A stretch of DNA of 63,929 bases, filler included, from Octopus bimaculoides (lineage: Eukaryota), in assembly GCF_001194135.2 (NCBI RefSeq). It is 8 parts of 8 records of this genome, joined end to end, with 100 filler letters (N's around TTAATTAATTAA, not from the genome) between each part and the next. Parts side by side here need not be neighbours in the genome. Positions count along the whole stretch, not along the records: positions 62,578 to 63,929 come from NW_026418294.1; 7 more parts are not named here. The stretch is one strand, 5' to 3'. Shown one piece after another: positions 63,373-63,929 of this stretch (its first letter is position 1; the number at the start of each line of letters is the position of its first letter). Below the pieces are notes generated by a model. The model was given only the letters and a program-made list of their open reading frames with translations. It was not told the DNA's origin and ran no database searches. The position numbers and the translations under genes were made by a program.

Positions 63373-63825
63373 CATATATATATATGAATATATGTATCAA
63401 TGTATATTATATATATGAATATATATATACACATATATATGTGTATATACATATATATGTGTATATACGTATATGTGTGTATATAAATATAAATATATAT
63501 ATATATGCGTTTTTATGTATATATGCATATATATATATATACATATACATACAAACATACATGCATATATATGTTCCTGTGCGTGTGTGTATGTGTGTGT
63601 GTGTGTGTGTGTGTGCCTGGACGCATTCGTGAATATATTTGTTTGTATTCTTCGAGGAAATGTCTAAGAGAGTATTGAGATTGTTGCATATACAAAAGTA
63701 TATACGTAACAAATGGCGCATAGTTAAGAACGAGAGTGGGAGGCTACAAGAGGGAAACACATCAAGAGTGAAGGGGAGAGGAATACTGACTGTGATGAGG
63801 GGAAAATAGATGCATACATATATCA

Positions 63826-63859
<34 letters not shown>

Positions 63860-63929
63860 AGAAATACAATTATGTATAAATATATATATATATAGAAATA
63901 CAAATATGTATAAATATATATATATATAT

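Overview
AT-rich, microsatellite-dense animal genomic DNA with many N gaps. It is most likely an octopus (coleoid cephalopod) draft assembly; this is inferred from the tRNA-derived SINE families, the repeat content and the TTAATTAATTAA gap fillers, not from a database match. There are no rRNA, tRNA or CRISPR loci and no recognisable intact host gene. The window is mostly nested, decayed mobile elements: two Ty3/Gypsy remnants, Penelope-like elements (PLEs), R4/Dong-like, Hero-like, RTE and Tx1-like LINE fragments, mariner, Tigger/pogo, hAT, CMC/EnSpm-like and Helitron pieces, several long fold-back elements and many SINEs. The most notable signals are these. (1) A dispersed fold-back element carries head-to-head TTAGGG/CCCTAA arrays around a perfect 34-bp hairpin; there are two copies and one has lost the hairpin. 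(2) There are four distinct type-I hammerhead ribozyme motifs, one apparently complete with an unusually long stem II. (3) A same-strand three-part LINE chimera joins a Hero-like RT in frame to an RTE C-terminus, followed by a second RTE-type YADD/PHD segment. (4) A possible orphan gene on the minus strand (about 14.1 to 3.0 kb) has phase-compatible small exons, lies in a CpG-depleted domain and has an in-frame UAG in its last visible exon under one reading. (5) A 538-bp fold-back has a neighbouring copy with the central loop inverted. All family assignments are from motif recognition by eye and need database confirmation.
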